Shown here one piece after another: positions 27,122-34,751 of a DNA stretch of 51,850 nucleotides (position 1 is its first letter; each line of letters opens with the position of its first letter). The stretch is from an uncultured Candidatus Competibacteraceae bacterium (GTDB lineage Bacteria > Pseudomonadota > Gammaproteobacteria > Competibacterales > Competibacteraceae): positions 13,556 through 65,405 of the forward strand of contig CAZTIH010000001.1 of NCBI GenBank assembly GCA_964613675.1, in the 5' to 3' direction. The position numbers and the translations under genes were made by a program. Under the pieces are notes generated by a model. It was not told the DNA's origin, did not search any database, and saw only the letters and a program-made list of their open reading frames with translations.

Positions 27122-27405
27122 TGCCCTGAAATCATCGTTTTCAATTAAAAAACTGGGTGGTACGAAATAACCACATCATTTTTTTTATTTTATGACAGTA
27201 GCATGTACGATTATTGCATAAAAAAATTTTTTAATTCACATTTTATTTTGAAATTCAAGAATGCTTGTAAAACAAATATTTCAAATAAAAAGTTGTCCAT
27301 AATAAAATAGTAACGGAATTGTTATTTTTTAATAAGCTATTGATTTAAAACAAATATTTAAGTGTGTAATTTTTAATTTAACAAATGTATTAAACAAACA
27401 ACATA
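27121..27405. other. extremely AT-rich tract (candidate DNA-unwinding region)
   Basis: About 285 bp that is AT-dominated by eye. It contains an exact 14-nt direct repeat, TAAAACAAATATTT, at 27268..27281 and 27346..27359. It has no credible ORF and lies between two gene 3' ends. Confidence 0.5.
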
Positions 27406-27947
27406 TGTTGGCTTTGCGCCCGCGTTACAAAATAAAAGTGCCTGCACTGGTTATTTTTCGATAGGGGGTATTTTTTCCGAATAACGAGAATTTTATTGCA
27501 TAAAGTTTAGAAATACCCCTTTGAGGTTGGCTTTGCGCCCACCAAGGTTGGCTCGACGCCCACCAGTGTTGGCTTTGCGCCCACCGCAAAAGTTTGGGGA
27601 AAAACTTAACTTATTGATTTTACGTGTTTTGAAAAAGTCAAGGTTGGCTTTGCGCCCACCCTAAAATGGTCATATTTCTTTACAAAGCTTGCTAAGTTAT
27701 TGATTTATTTTTCACATGTTGCAGTAAATACCCCCTCATGTAAAGCATTTGTAACGCGATAAAAACCCCCCTTAGTTTGAAAAAAATGCCTAAATCAAAA
27801 TGATACAAGGGGGGCAAATTAGTGGCCGCTAAGCCAACCCTATTATTAAATGACATAAAATTTCGTGAAATCTCGTCTATATTTGGTGGGCGCAAAGCCA
27901 ACCTTTCAAAAAAAATTTCTTAAAAAACTATATAAATCAATGAATTA
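27334..27947. promoter_or_regulatory. four IHF-consensus (WATCAANNNNTTR) sites sharing a (T/C)TATTGATTT core
   Basis: The copies are 27334..27346 aagctattgattt, 27608..27620 aacttattgattt, 27694..27706 aagttattgattt (these three match IHF on the minus strand: AATCAA-N4-TTA) and 27934..27947 AAATCAATGAATTA (plus strand). Confidence 0.4.
27406..27660 (+). repeat. iteron-like 19-bp repeats, forward set (5 copies)
   Basis: Consensus GGTTGGCTTTGCGCCCACC. Copies start at 27406 (16/19), 27525 (19/19), 27546 (16/19, centre TCGAC), 27567 (18/19) and 27642 (19/19). The three middle copies are exactly 21 bp apart. Confidence 0.85.
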
Positions 27948-27970
27948 TAGCGGTGTGCGCAAAGCCAACC
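27821..27970 (-). repeat. iteron-like 19-bp repeats, inverted set (3 copies)
   Basis: The plus strand reads GGTGGGCGCAAAGCCAACC. Copies start at 27821 (16/19), 27885 (19/19) and 27952 (18/19). The hexamer GTTGGC is invariant in all 8 copies. Confidence 0.8.
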
Positions 27971-28026
27971 TTGACAGTAAAAATTTTTACTGAAACATCT
28001 TGACTAAATTTTTTTTTTAATATACC

Positions 28027-28060
28027 AACTAAAATAGTCGGTTTTATATTTATAACCGAC
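28027..28060 (-). terminator. possible terminator of mnmE
   Basis: GTCGGTT-N10-AACCGAC inverted repeat (28037..28060). On the minus strand it is followed by TATTTTAGTT. It lies about 45 nt past the mnmE stop. Confidence 0.4.
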
Positions 28061-28102
28061 CTAAAAACCCTAAAATGTAATTTTTTAATAAAATCAATTT
28101 TT

Positions 28103-29473
28103 TCACTTTCCAATGCAAAATGTCGAAAAGATTCGCCCTAACAGCTCGTCACTCGTTAGTTTTCCGGTAATTTCGCCTAATGCGTCGTGGGAAAGACGTA
28201 ATTCTTCCGCCAATAATTCAGGACAATTCACTTGCCCATTTTCAATGGCTGCTAGCAAATGAATTTCAGCCTGATTTAGCGCATTCAAATGACGTTGTCG
28301 GGCGATAAATGCACCTTCGTGGGGTTCGTAATGGAGTACCTGCTTAATTTGGGTGTACAACAAATCCATGCCATTCCCCGTTTTGGCAGAAAGCCAAATC
28401 ACGACTCGCTCACCGTCCGTTTCACATCTAGGCGACTGCTCGATTAAATCGACCTTGTTTTGGACGATTAACACGGGAATTGGCCTTGTAAGTTCCGCAA
28501 GTAACGATGCCTCAAACTCCCCTATACCCGTTCGGGCATCACAAACCACGATGAGTAAGTCCGCCCGCTCGATCTCTTGGTAGGCGCGTCGCATCCCTTC
28601 TTGTTCGATCTCATCTTCACTGTGTCGTAGCCCCGCGGTATCGCACAAATGGACAGGCATCCCCTCTACTTGGATGTCCGCTCGCAAAATATCTCGTGTC
28701 GTACCTGGGATCGCGCTAACAATAGCCGTGTCTTGTCCAGTTAATTCATTGATTAAACTGGATTTTCCTACATTTGGCTGACCGATGATCGCTAGGTTAA
28801 ATCCATCGCGTAGCAACTGCCCCTGCCGTGTTTGCTGTTTTAACGCCACAAATTCGTTGGCAAGTTCTCGTAATTTCTCGTGAATCGCTGCCTCATTTAA
28901 GAAGTCGATTTCTTCTTCAGCAAAATCCAAAGCTGCTTCAACATACATCCTTAGATAAATAATTTTTTCAGATAAATTATTGATTTTTTTAGAAAACATA
29001 CCTTGTAATGAATTAGTTGCTGCATGTGCAGCCTGTTCCGTGCGACTGGCAATCAAATCTGCAATGGCTTCTGCTTGCGTTAAATCTAGCTTCCCATTAA
29101 GGAACGCTCGTTCGGAAAATTCGCCGGGTCTCGCTAAACGTGCGCCTAATTCGATTGCCCGATGAAGTAATAGATTGAGTGCAATAGGACTGCCATGGAT
29201 TTGTAATTCTAAAACCGCTTCTCCGGTAAATGAATTAGGGGCGGGAAAATACAAAACTAATCCAGTGTCAATCAGCTGCTTTTGCCGATCGTAAAAGCGT
29301 TTATAAGTCGCCATTCTGGGCGTCGGAATAACACCAATTAACTGCGTCGCGATCTGTTCTACTGTCGGCCCAGATAGCCGCAAAATGCCGACTCCACCTC
29401 GTCCTGGTGGAGTCGCAATTGCAATAATAGTGTCAGTTTTAGAAGAAAGAGAATCAATATGAATTGAGGTCAC
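28103..29473 (-). CDS. mnmE: tRNA modification GTPase MnmE
   Basis: 456 aa. It has the IATPPGRGGVGILRLSG N-terminus, the G-domain GQPNVGKSSL / DTAGLR, and the C-terminal FCIGK. Confidence 0.95.
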   Translation of the reverse strand: MTSIHIDSLSSKTDTIIAIATPPGRGGVGILRLSGPTVEQIATQLIGVIPTPRMATYKRFYDRQKQLIDTGLVLYFPAPNSFTGEAVLELQIHGSPIALNLLLHRAIELGARLARPGEFSERAFLNGKLDLTQAEAIADLIASRTEQAAHAATNSLQGMFSKKINNLSEKIIYLRMYVEAALDFAEEEIDFLNEAAIHEKLRELANEFVALKQQTRQGQLLRDGFNLAIIGQPNVGKSSLINELTGQDTAIVSAIPGTTRDILRADIQVEGMPVHLCDTAGLRHSEDEIEQEGMRRAYQEIERADLLIVVCDARTGIGEFEASLLAELTRPIPVLIVQNKVDLIEQSPRCETDGERVVIWLSAKTGNGMDLLYTQIKQVLHYEPHEGAFIARQRHLNALNQAEIHLLAAIENGQVNCPELLAEELRLSHDALGEITGKLTSDELLGRIFSTFCIGK

Positions 29474-29474
29474 G

Positions 29475-31148
29475 TTACGGGGATTTAGTGGCTTTTATTA
29501 GCCCTTTATTATCCTCCGCTTCGACTCGTTTCGTAATCACATATTGCTGGGCGATAGATACACAGTTATTAACTGCCCAATAAAGCACTAATCCCGCAGG
29601 AAACCACAAGAAAAAGACCGTAAACATCACGGGTAAAAACATCATGACCTTGGCTTGTATCGGATCGGGCGGCGGTGGACTCAACCACTGCTGTACAAAC
29701 ATCGATCCCCCCATAATCAACGGCAAAATGTACAGGGGATCTTTAATCGACAAGTCTTCAATCCAACCAATCCACGGCGCTTGACGCAGTTCTACGCTTT
29801 CCACGAGCACCCAATACAGCGCGATAAATACGGGAATTTGCACCAAAATCGGCAAACATCCCCCTAATGGATTGATTTTTTCCTTGCGATACATCGCCAT
29901 TAGTTCTTGGTTCATCTTCTGAGGATCACTCCCGTACCGCTCCTTCAACTGCTGCATCAACGGCGCGACCTTACGCATCTTCGCCATAGATCGATAACTC
30001 GTTTCAGATAATTTGTAGAACGCTAACTTGATGAGTAGCGTCAAAATAATGATCGCCCATCCCCAATTTCCCACATAACTATAAATCCAATTGAGCGCCC
30101 AAAATAACGGCTGCGAAATGAACGATAACCACCCATAATCCACAGTTAAATCGAGATGTGGCGCGATTTTGGCCAAGTCCGCTTGGATTTTCGGGCCGGC
30201 GTACAGGATTGACCGCACCTGTATCGTTTCCTCGGGGGCCGCCTGCATAGATGGGCTCACCATCCCCAAAACAAAGCGATCATTCCCCACATTTCGGCTG
30301 TAAAAGTGATTGATCTGCGCCTGATGGTCGGGCACGAGCGCCGCTAAAAAGTAGTGCTGAATCATCGCCAACCAGCCCCCACTCACCTCGCGTTCCAGAT
30401 TGCGGGACACCATGTCATCAAAGGAAATTTTCTCATACACCCGTTCAGGCGTTGAAATTACGCCCCCGGTATAGGTGTAAACGGCAAATGCGGAGAGGTT
30501 ATTCGTCGCTCGACTACGCTGGATTTGTCGATAGAAAGTCCCTGCCCAAGGAGTGGGCGATTGATTGCGTAATTGCTGAACTAATTCAATATCAAATCGC
30601 CCGCGATGAAATACATAAGTTTTAATGACTTCAATACCGCTTTCATCCCGCCAAACCAGTGGGACTTCTAAAGTGTTTTCTCCATCTTTCAACACATACT
30701 CGGTCTGGGCACTCGAATAAACTTGATAATGGTCAGGGGCGGGGTGATGAGTTGACAATAAACCGCTTTGTACGACAAATAACTCGCGATCATCGTGCAG
30801 TAATGCAAAAGGCGTCGGGTCTTGTAACGAATTAGGATGGGTTCGCAAACCTAAGCGCCGTAGATCTCCCCCAAGGGTGTCGATTTCTGCAACAAAAATA
30901 TCGGTTTTAACCATAATTCGGTCACTGCGTTCGAGCACCCCACGATTGACCTCTGGAAGCGATAAATTCGGCGAACGCTCACTTTCAGGGGTTGCGCGTT
31001 CCGGTAATGAGGGCAATGAAGGCCGCAAATCGCTTTCCGTCTGCGAAACCAAGGCCCTCAGTTGGGTTTGATCTTGTACCCAAGCCTGCCAAATCAATAG
31101 CAACACCATTGATAATGCAATGATGAAGAAAATGCGTTGGTTTTCCAT
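29475..31148 (-). CDS. yidC: membrane protein insertase YidC
   Basis: 557 aa. It has an N-terminal TM helix, a large periplasmic domain and the conserved C-terminal 5-TM core (PLGGCLPILVQIPVFIALY). Confidence 0.95.
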   Translation of the reverse strand: MENQRIFFIIALSMVLLLIWQAWVQDQTQLRALVSQTESDLRPSLPSLPERATPESERSPNLSLPEVNRGVLERSDRIMVKTDIFVAEIDTLGGDLRRLGLRTHPNSLQDPTPFALLHDDRELFVVQSGLLSTHHPAPDHYQVYSSAQTEYVLKDGENTLEVPLVWRDESGIEVIKTYVFHRGRFDIELVQQLRNQSPTPWAGTFYRQIQRSRATNNLSAFAVYTYTGGVISTPERVYEKISFDDMVSRNLEREVSGGWLAMIQHYFLAALVPDHQAQINHFYSRNVGNDRFVLGMVSPSMQAAPEETIQVRSILYAGPKIQADLAKIAPHLDLTVDYGWLSFISQPLFWALNWIYSYVGNWGWAIIILTLLIKLAFYKLSETSYRSMAKMRKVAPLMQQLKERYGSDPQKMNQELMAMYRKEKINPLGGCLPILVQIPVFIALYWVLVESVELRQAPWIGWIEDLSIKDPLYILPLIMGGSMFVQQWLSPPPPDPIQAKVMMFLPVMFTVFFLWFPAGLVLYWAVNNCVSIAQQYVITKRVEAEDNKGLIKATKSP

Positions 31149-31194
31149 TAAAACCTCAGATGGATTGAAAAAGCGGCGCAGTATAAAACTGGGG

Positions 31195-31557
31195 TTATTT
31201 TTCGGGGGTTACGGGCGGTAATGATGGCTTAAGCTGCGCCCAATGCTGCGCTAGTGCAGCGGTCAACTCGGCATTTGTCCGCGCAATGGCAGCGGGCCGA
31301 CTCATGACGACAATATCCCATCCGTTAATTTTTGCTTGATGAGCACGAAAACTCTCGCGAATCAATCGTTTAAGTCGATTGCGAACGACTGCCGATTTGG
31401 AGACTTTCCGCGAAATGGCTAGCCCAAGCCGACTCATCGTTAGGTCGTTGCGGCGGGCTAGCACACTGAAATGGGAATCCTGAAAACGGAGCGGTTTATC
31501 AAAAACAAATTGAAATTCAGCGGCCTTTAACAGGCGCGACGAACGCGGAAACTTCAA
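31195..31557 (-). CDS. rnpA: ribonuclease P protein component
   Basis: 120 aa. It has the RNR motif (AVVRNRLKRLIRE) and lies between rpmH and yidC. Confidence 0.9.
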   Translation of the reverse strand: MKFPRSSRLLKAAEFQFVFDKPLRFQDSHFSVLARRNDLTMSRLGLAISRKVSKSAVVRNRLKRLIRESFRAHQAKINGWDIVVMSRPAAIARTNAELTAALAQHWAQLKPSLPPVTPEK

Positions 31558-31576
31558 TCAATTCAACAATTTTGAT

Positions 31577-31711
31577 TTAGACAGCTAACCGCTTACGACC
31601 CCGCTTACGACGGGCATTAAGAACGAGACGCCCCCCCCGAGTGGACATGCGGGCGCGGAAGCCGTGGGTGCGTTTACGACTGAGAATGCTGGGTTGGAAA
31701 GTACGTTTCAT
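31577..31711 (-). CDS. rpmH: 50S ribosomal protein L34
   Basis: Not in the ORF track because it is under 60 aa. Hand translation of the minus strand gives [44 protein letters not shown] (44 aa), the canonical L34 sequence. Confidence 0.95.
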   Translation of the reverse strand: MKRTFQPSILSRKRTHGFRARMSTRGGRLVLNARRKRGRKRLAV

Positions 31712-31851
31712 GGATCGCCTACAAAATTACGAAAAAAGGCCATGAAATTAACGAGACGCATGAATTTCTGTCAAGTTTGCGGTGGTCAATGGCAAGTGCG
31801 CTCCGTAATATCGGCCGCTTTTTTTCACTCAAACTGTCAGAGGTGACTCTA

Positions 31852-33174
31852 ATGGATTCCCCCGTGTGGCGGCGTTGTCTTCCGCAATTGGAACGCCTTG
31901 TTTCCCCTCAAGATTTTCAAACTTGGATACGACCTCTGCAATGCAAGGAAACGCCAAAGAAGCTCAGCTTATTAGCCCCTAACCGCTTTATTTTTGTTGA
32001 GGTACAGCAACGATTTCTCGAAATAATTCAAAAGGTTGCCAACGAAATTAGCCCTCAGCACACACTTAATCTCGATCTCAGCGGTCAGCGCAATTCTATT
32101 GAAGCGGGTCACAACAATCCGAACCTCACTTTGCCCCTTGAGGAAGGTCAACGCAGCAGCAATCTCAATAAAAATTACACTTTCGATTCGTTTGTGGAAG
32201 GCAAATCCAATCAACTTGCGCTAGCTGCTTGCCATCAGGTCGCCCGCAATCCAGGTAAAGCCTACAACCCGCTTTTCATTTATGGAGGCACGGGGCTTGG
32301 CAAAACTCACTTAATGCACGCCGTCGGAAACATATTACGCCAGCGCAAAAGTCAAGCCCGAGTGGTTTATCAGCATTCCGAACACTTTGTGAGTGACATG
32401 GTGCTTGCCCTTCAGCACAACGCGATTGGGGATTTCAAACGTTATTACCGCAGCCTCGACGCGCTGCTCATCGACGATATTCAGTTTTTGTCTGGCAAAG
32501 AACATTCTCAGGAAGAATTTTTCCATACTTTCAATAACTTACTTGAGGGACAGCAACAGGTTATTTTGACATGTGACCGTGTTCCCAAGGAAGTCGTGGG
32601 ACTGGAAGATCGTTTGAAATCGCGCTTTGGTTCTGGGCTGACCGTCGCCATCGAACCTCCAGACTTAGAAACGCGGGTGGCGATCCTCAAAGCCAAAGCC
32701 GCTCAAGCTGATCTAGCGCTTACCGACGAGATCGGCTTTTTTATCGCGAAACGGGTGCGTTCCAATGTGCGCGAACTTGAGGGGGCCCTACGCCGTGTGT
32801 ACGCCCAAATCCAATTCACTCAGCAGCCACTCACCCTCTCGCTAGTCCGCGAAGCCTTGAGCGATTTAATGCCCACTAGCGATCAGCAAGTGACGATTGA
32901 GACCATTCAAAAATCCGTTGCGAATTACTACCGAATTAGCGTTAACGACTTAATGGCGGATAGCCGTGTGCGATTAATTGCCCGCCGCCGTCAATTAGCT
33001 ATGGCATTAGCTAAAGAATTAACAGATCACAGTTTGCCAGAAATCGCGGAGGCTTTTGGAAAGCGTGATCACACCACGGTTTTGCACGCATGTCGTCAAA
33101 TAGACAAATTACGCAAGTTGGATTTGGAGTTAAATGACGACTACATCACTTTATTGACTTCAATAACCTTATAA
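31852..33174 (+). CDS. dnaA: chromosomal replication initiator protein DnaA
   Basis: It has the AAA+ motif GGTGLGKTHL, the domain IV KRDHTTVLHA, and other DnaA features. The start is placed at ATG 31852 (MDSPVWRRCL...), with GAGGTG 8 nt upstream. The track start at 31777 adds 25 non-conserved residues. Confidence 0.95.
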   Translation: MDSPVWRRCLPQLERLVSPQDFQTWIRPLQCKETPKKLSLLAPNRFIFVEVQQRFLEIIQKVANEISPQHTLNLDLSGQRNSIEAGHNNPNLTLPLEEGQRSSNLNKNYTFDSFVEGKSNQLALAACHQVARNPGKAYNPLFIYGGTGLGKTHLMHAVGNILRQRKSQARVVYQHSEHFVSDMVLALQHNAIGDFKRYYRSLDALLIDDIQFLSGKEHSQEEFFHTFNNLLEGQQQVILTCDRVPKEVVGLEDRLKSRFGSGLTVAIEPPDLETRVAILKAKAAQADLALTDEIGFFIAKRVRSNVRELEGALRRVYAQIQFTQQPLTLSLVREALSDLMPTSDQQVTIETIQKSVANYYRISVNDLMADSRVRLIARRRQLAMALAKELTDHSLPEIAEAFGKRDHTTVLHACRQIDKLRKLDLELNDDYITLLTSITL

Positions 33175-33283
33175 ACCGTATCAGTTTCAAAATAACCTGA
33201 CACCCACCATTAACTTGTTGTTACAAACAACTTACTGATTTAATTGAAATTTCATATCGTGAAATGCGTTTCATTCATTTTCC

Positions 33284-33383
33284 TGTGGATAAGTGCCTGT
33301 AATCCTGTGGATAAGTCTGTGGATAACTCCTGTGGATAAGTCTGTGGATAAGTACAGGCAAAAGGGCAAATTTCTGTGGATAA
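33284..33383 (-). promoter_or_regulatory. oriC DnaA-box array A: six perfect boxes, plus strand reads TGTGGATAA
   Basis: There are exact 9-mers at 33284, 33306, 33318, 33331, 33343 and 33375 (start coordinates). Confidence 0.9.
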
Positions 33384-33412
33384 CTCCAAAAGTTACGATT
33401 TGCCCAGAAAAG

Positions 33413-33543
33413 TTATCCACAACGTTATCCACAGAAATTCCCGACTTATCCACAGAAAAGGCCAATTCTATCCACAGGCATTTTTCGACCTAACTTATTG
33501 TTTTAACTGACAATGACATCGACTTATCCACAGGTTATCCACA
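33413..33543 (+). promoter_or_regulatory. oriC DnaA-box array B: six boxes, plus strand reads TTATCCACA
   Basis: There are exact 9-mers at 33413, 33425, 33446, 33524 and 33535, plus CTATCCACA at 33468. Confidence 0.9.
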
Positions 33544-33555
33544 GAATTCGGCCCC

Positions 33556-33598
33556 TTAATAACTATAATCTTTTTTAAAAATTCTTTTTTGTTAAAAA
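33556..33598. other. AT-rich tract next to the last DnaA-box pair (candidate oriC DUE)
   Basis: ttaataactataatcttttttaaaaattcttttttgttaaaaa lies immediately after gaattc-GGCCCC, which follows the box pair at 33524/33535. Confidence 0.5.
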
Positions 33599-33620
33599 CC
33601 GCGTGTGAGGTCCAAACCCG

Positions 33621-34727
33621 ATGAAGATCCAAACAACCCGTGAGCTATTACTCACTCCGTTGCAAGTTGTAGTTGGCGTTGTCGAGAAAAGACAAACCAT
33701 GCCCATCCTCAGTCATGTCCTCCTTACCCCTACCAAGAAAGGGGTCACCTTCACGACCAGTGATCTGGAAGTCGAACTCTGTGTGCTAACCGATCTGCCA
33801 CCGATCCAATCTCCCCTCGCGCTTCCCGCCCGCAAATTGCTCGACATCCTCAAAGCACTGAGTGCAGATAACGCGGCGGTTTCTCTCATGGTGGAGGCCG
33901 ATCGAGTGACCGTGCGGAGCGGAAAAAGCCGATTTACCTTGACGACGCTTGCCGCTGAGGACTTTCCCCATGCCCAAATCCCTGAAAAATGGGATGCTCA
34001 AATCACCTTGTCGCAACAGGGATTACGCCAGTTAATCGAACGAAGTCAGTTTGCGATGGCTCAACAGGATGTCCGTTATTATCTCAATGGACTGCTTTTA
34101 GAACTGTCTTCAGAAGCTATTCGGGCTGTCGCAACCGATGGCCACCGTTTGGCGTGTACCCAGTTACAAGAATCCGCACCCCTCGAAACCCCTCAGCAAG
34201 TCATCGTGCCGCGCAAGGGAGTGTTGGAACTTCTGCGGTTGCTCAAAGATGACGAAGCATCGGTCACGCTCTGTTTGGGACGAAATCAATTGCAAGCCCA
34301 ACTCGAAAATTTGCAATTCACCACAAAGCTAGTGGATGGCAAGTTTCCAGACTATCAACGGGTCATTCCGCAAGATCCGCCGTTGAGCGTGATCGTGGAT
34401 CGCAGACTGCTAAAAGAAACGCTCAATCGGGTGGCGGTCGTGTCCAGCGATAAGCAACATCGTGGGGTTAAGCTGTCGTTTAACGCCCATTCGATGCGTA
34501 TTCAGGCGCAGGGAAGCGAACACGACGAGGCTGAAGACGAAATCGAAATCGACTACAGCGGGGAGACATTGGAGATGGCGTTCAATGTAAGTTTTCTGAT
34601 CGAAGCCTTGAGCGCGTTGAGTGGCGATCAGATTCGTATTGGGTTGACAGATGTGCATAGCAGCGCGTTGTTGCGGGAGCTTGAGAACGACGATTGTCGA
34701 TTTGTCGTCATGCCCATGAGATTATAA
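33621..34727 (+). CDS. dnaN: DNA polymerase III subunit beta (sliding clamp)
   Basis: 368 aa. It has the typical N-terminus (LLTPLQVVVGVVEKRQTMPILSHVLL) and C-terminus (VVMPMRL). Confidence 0.95.
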   Translation: MKIQTTRELLLTPLQVVVGVVEKRQTMPILSHVLLTPTKKGVTFTTSDLEVELCVLTDLPPIQSPLALPARKLLDILKALSADNAAVSLMVEADRVTVRSGKSRFTLTTLAAEDFPHAQIPEKWDAQITLSQQGLRQLIERSQFAMAQQDVRYYLNGLLLELSSEAIRAVATDGHRLACTQLQESAPLETPQQVIVPRKGVLELLRLLKDDEASVTLCLGRNQLQAQLENLQFTTKLVDGKFPDYQRVIPQDPPLSVIVDRRLLKETLNRVAVVSSDKQHRGVKLSFNAHSMRIQAQGSEHDEAEDEIEIDYSGETLEMAFNVSFLIEALSALSGDQIRIGLTDVHSSALLRELENDDCRFVVMPMRL

Positions 34728-34751
34728 CCATCTGTTTTTAAGAGATATTTT

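Noticed and set aside
27860-27871. parS-like palindrome ATTTCGTGAAAT in the gap
   Set aside because: Compared with the ParB site TGTTTCACGTGAAACA it lacks the central two bases, so the half-sites are out of register. There is no parAB in the window.
27692-27901. 69-aa minus-strand ORF inside the iteron/AT-rich gap
   Set aside because: It runs straight through the repeat elements and AT-rich filler. It has no RBS and no recognisable protein features. It is most likely a chance ORF in non-coding DNA.
27406-27970. Possible CRISPR array (also considered for 33284..33543)
   Set aside because: The repeat units are only 19 bp and 9 bp. They occur in both orientations with irregular spacers, some only 2-4 bp. 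No cas genes or leader are present. The architecture fits iterons and DnaA boxes instead.
31149-31194. Hidden yidD between yidC and rnpA
   Set aside because: The spacer is 46 bp, and no alternative-frame ORF of yidD size overlaps the rnpA 3' end. The gene is evidently elsewhere or absent.
31631-31638. C8 homopolymer (G8 on the coding strand) inside rpmH as a possible slipped-strand switch
   Set aside because: It encodes the conserved R-G-G of L34 in an essential gene, and the frame is intact. Phase variation here is implausible.
31664-31851. 60-aa ORF 31664..31846 (+) and the 25-codon N-terminal extension of dnaA from 31777
   Set aside because: The 60-aa ORF is antisense to rpmH and its promoter region. 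The dnaA extension is non-conserved, and the ATG at 31852 has a proper GAGGTG Shine-Dalgarno and gives the conserved DnaA N-terminus.
33271-33493. Two overlapping ORFs (33271..33465 minus, 33293..33493 plus) in the dnaA-dnaN spacer
   Set aside because: Their repetitive peptides (WITP/VDKSVDK, STDLSTG/IHRLIHR) are simply translations of the tandem TTATCCACA/TGTGGATAA boxes. This is a regulatory array, not a coding region.
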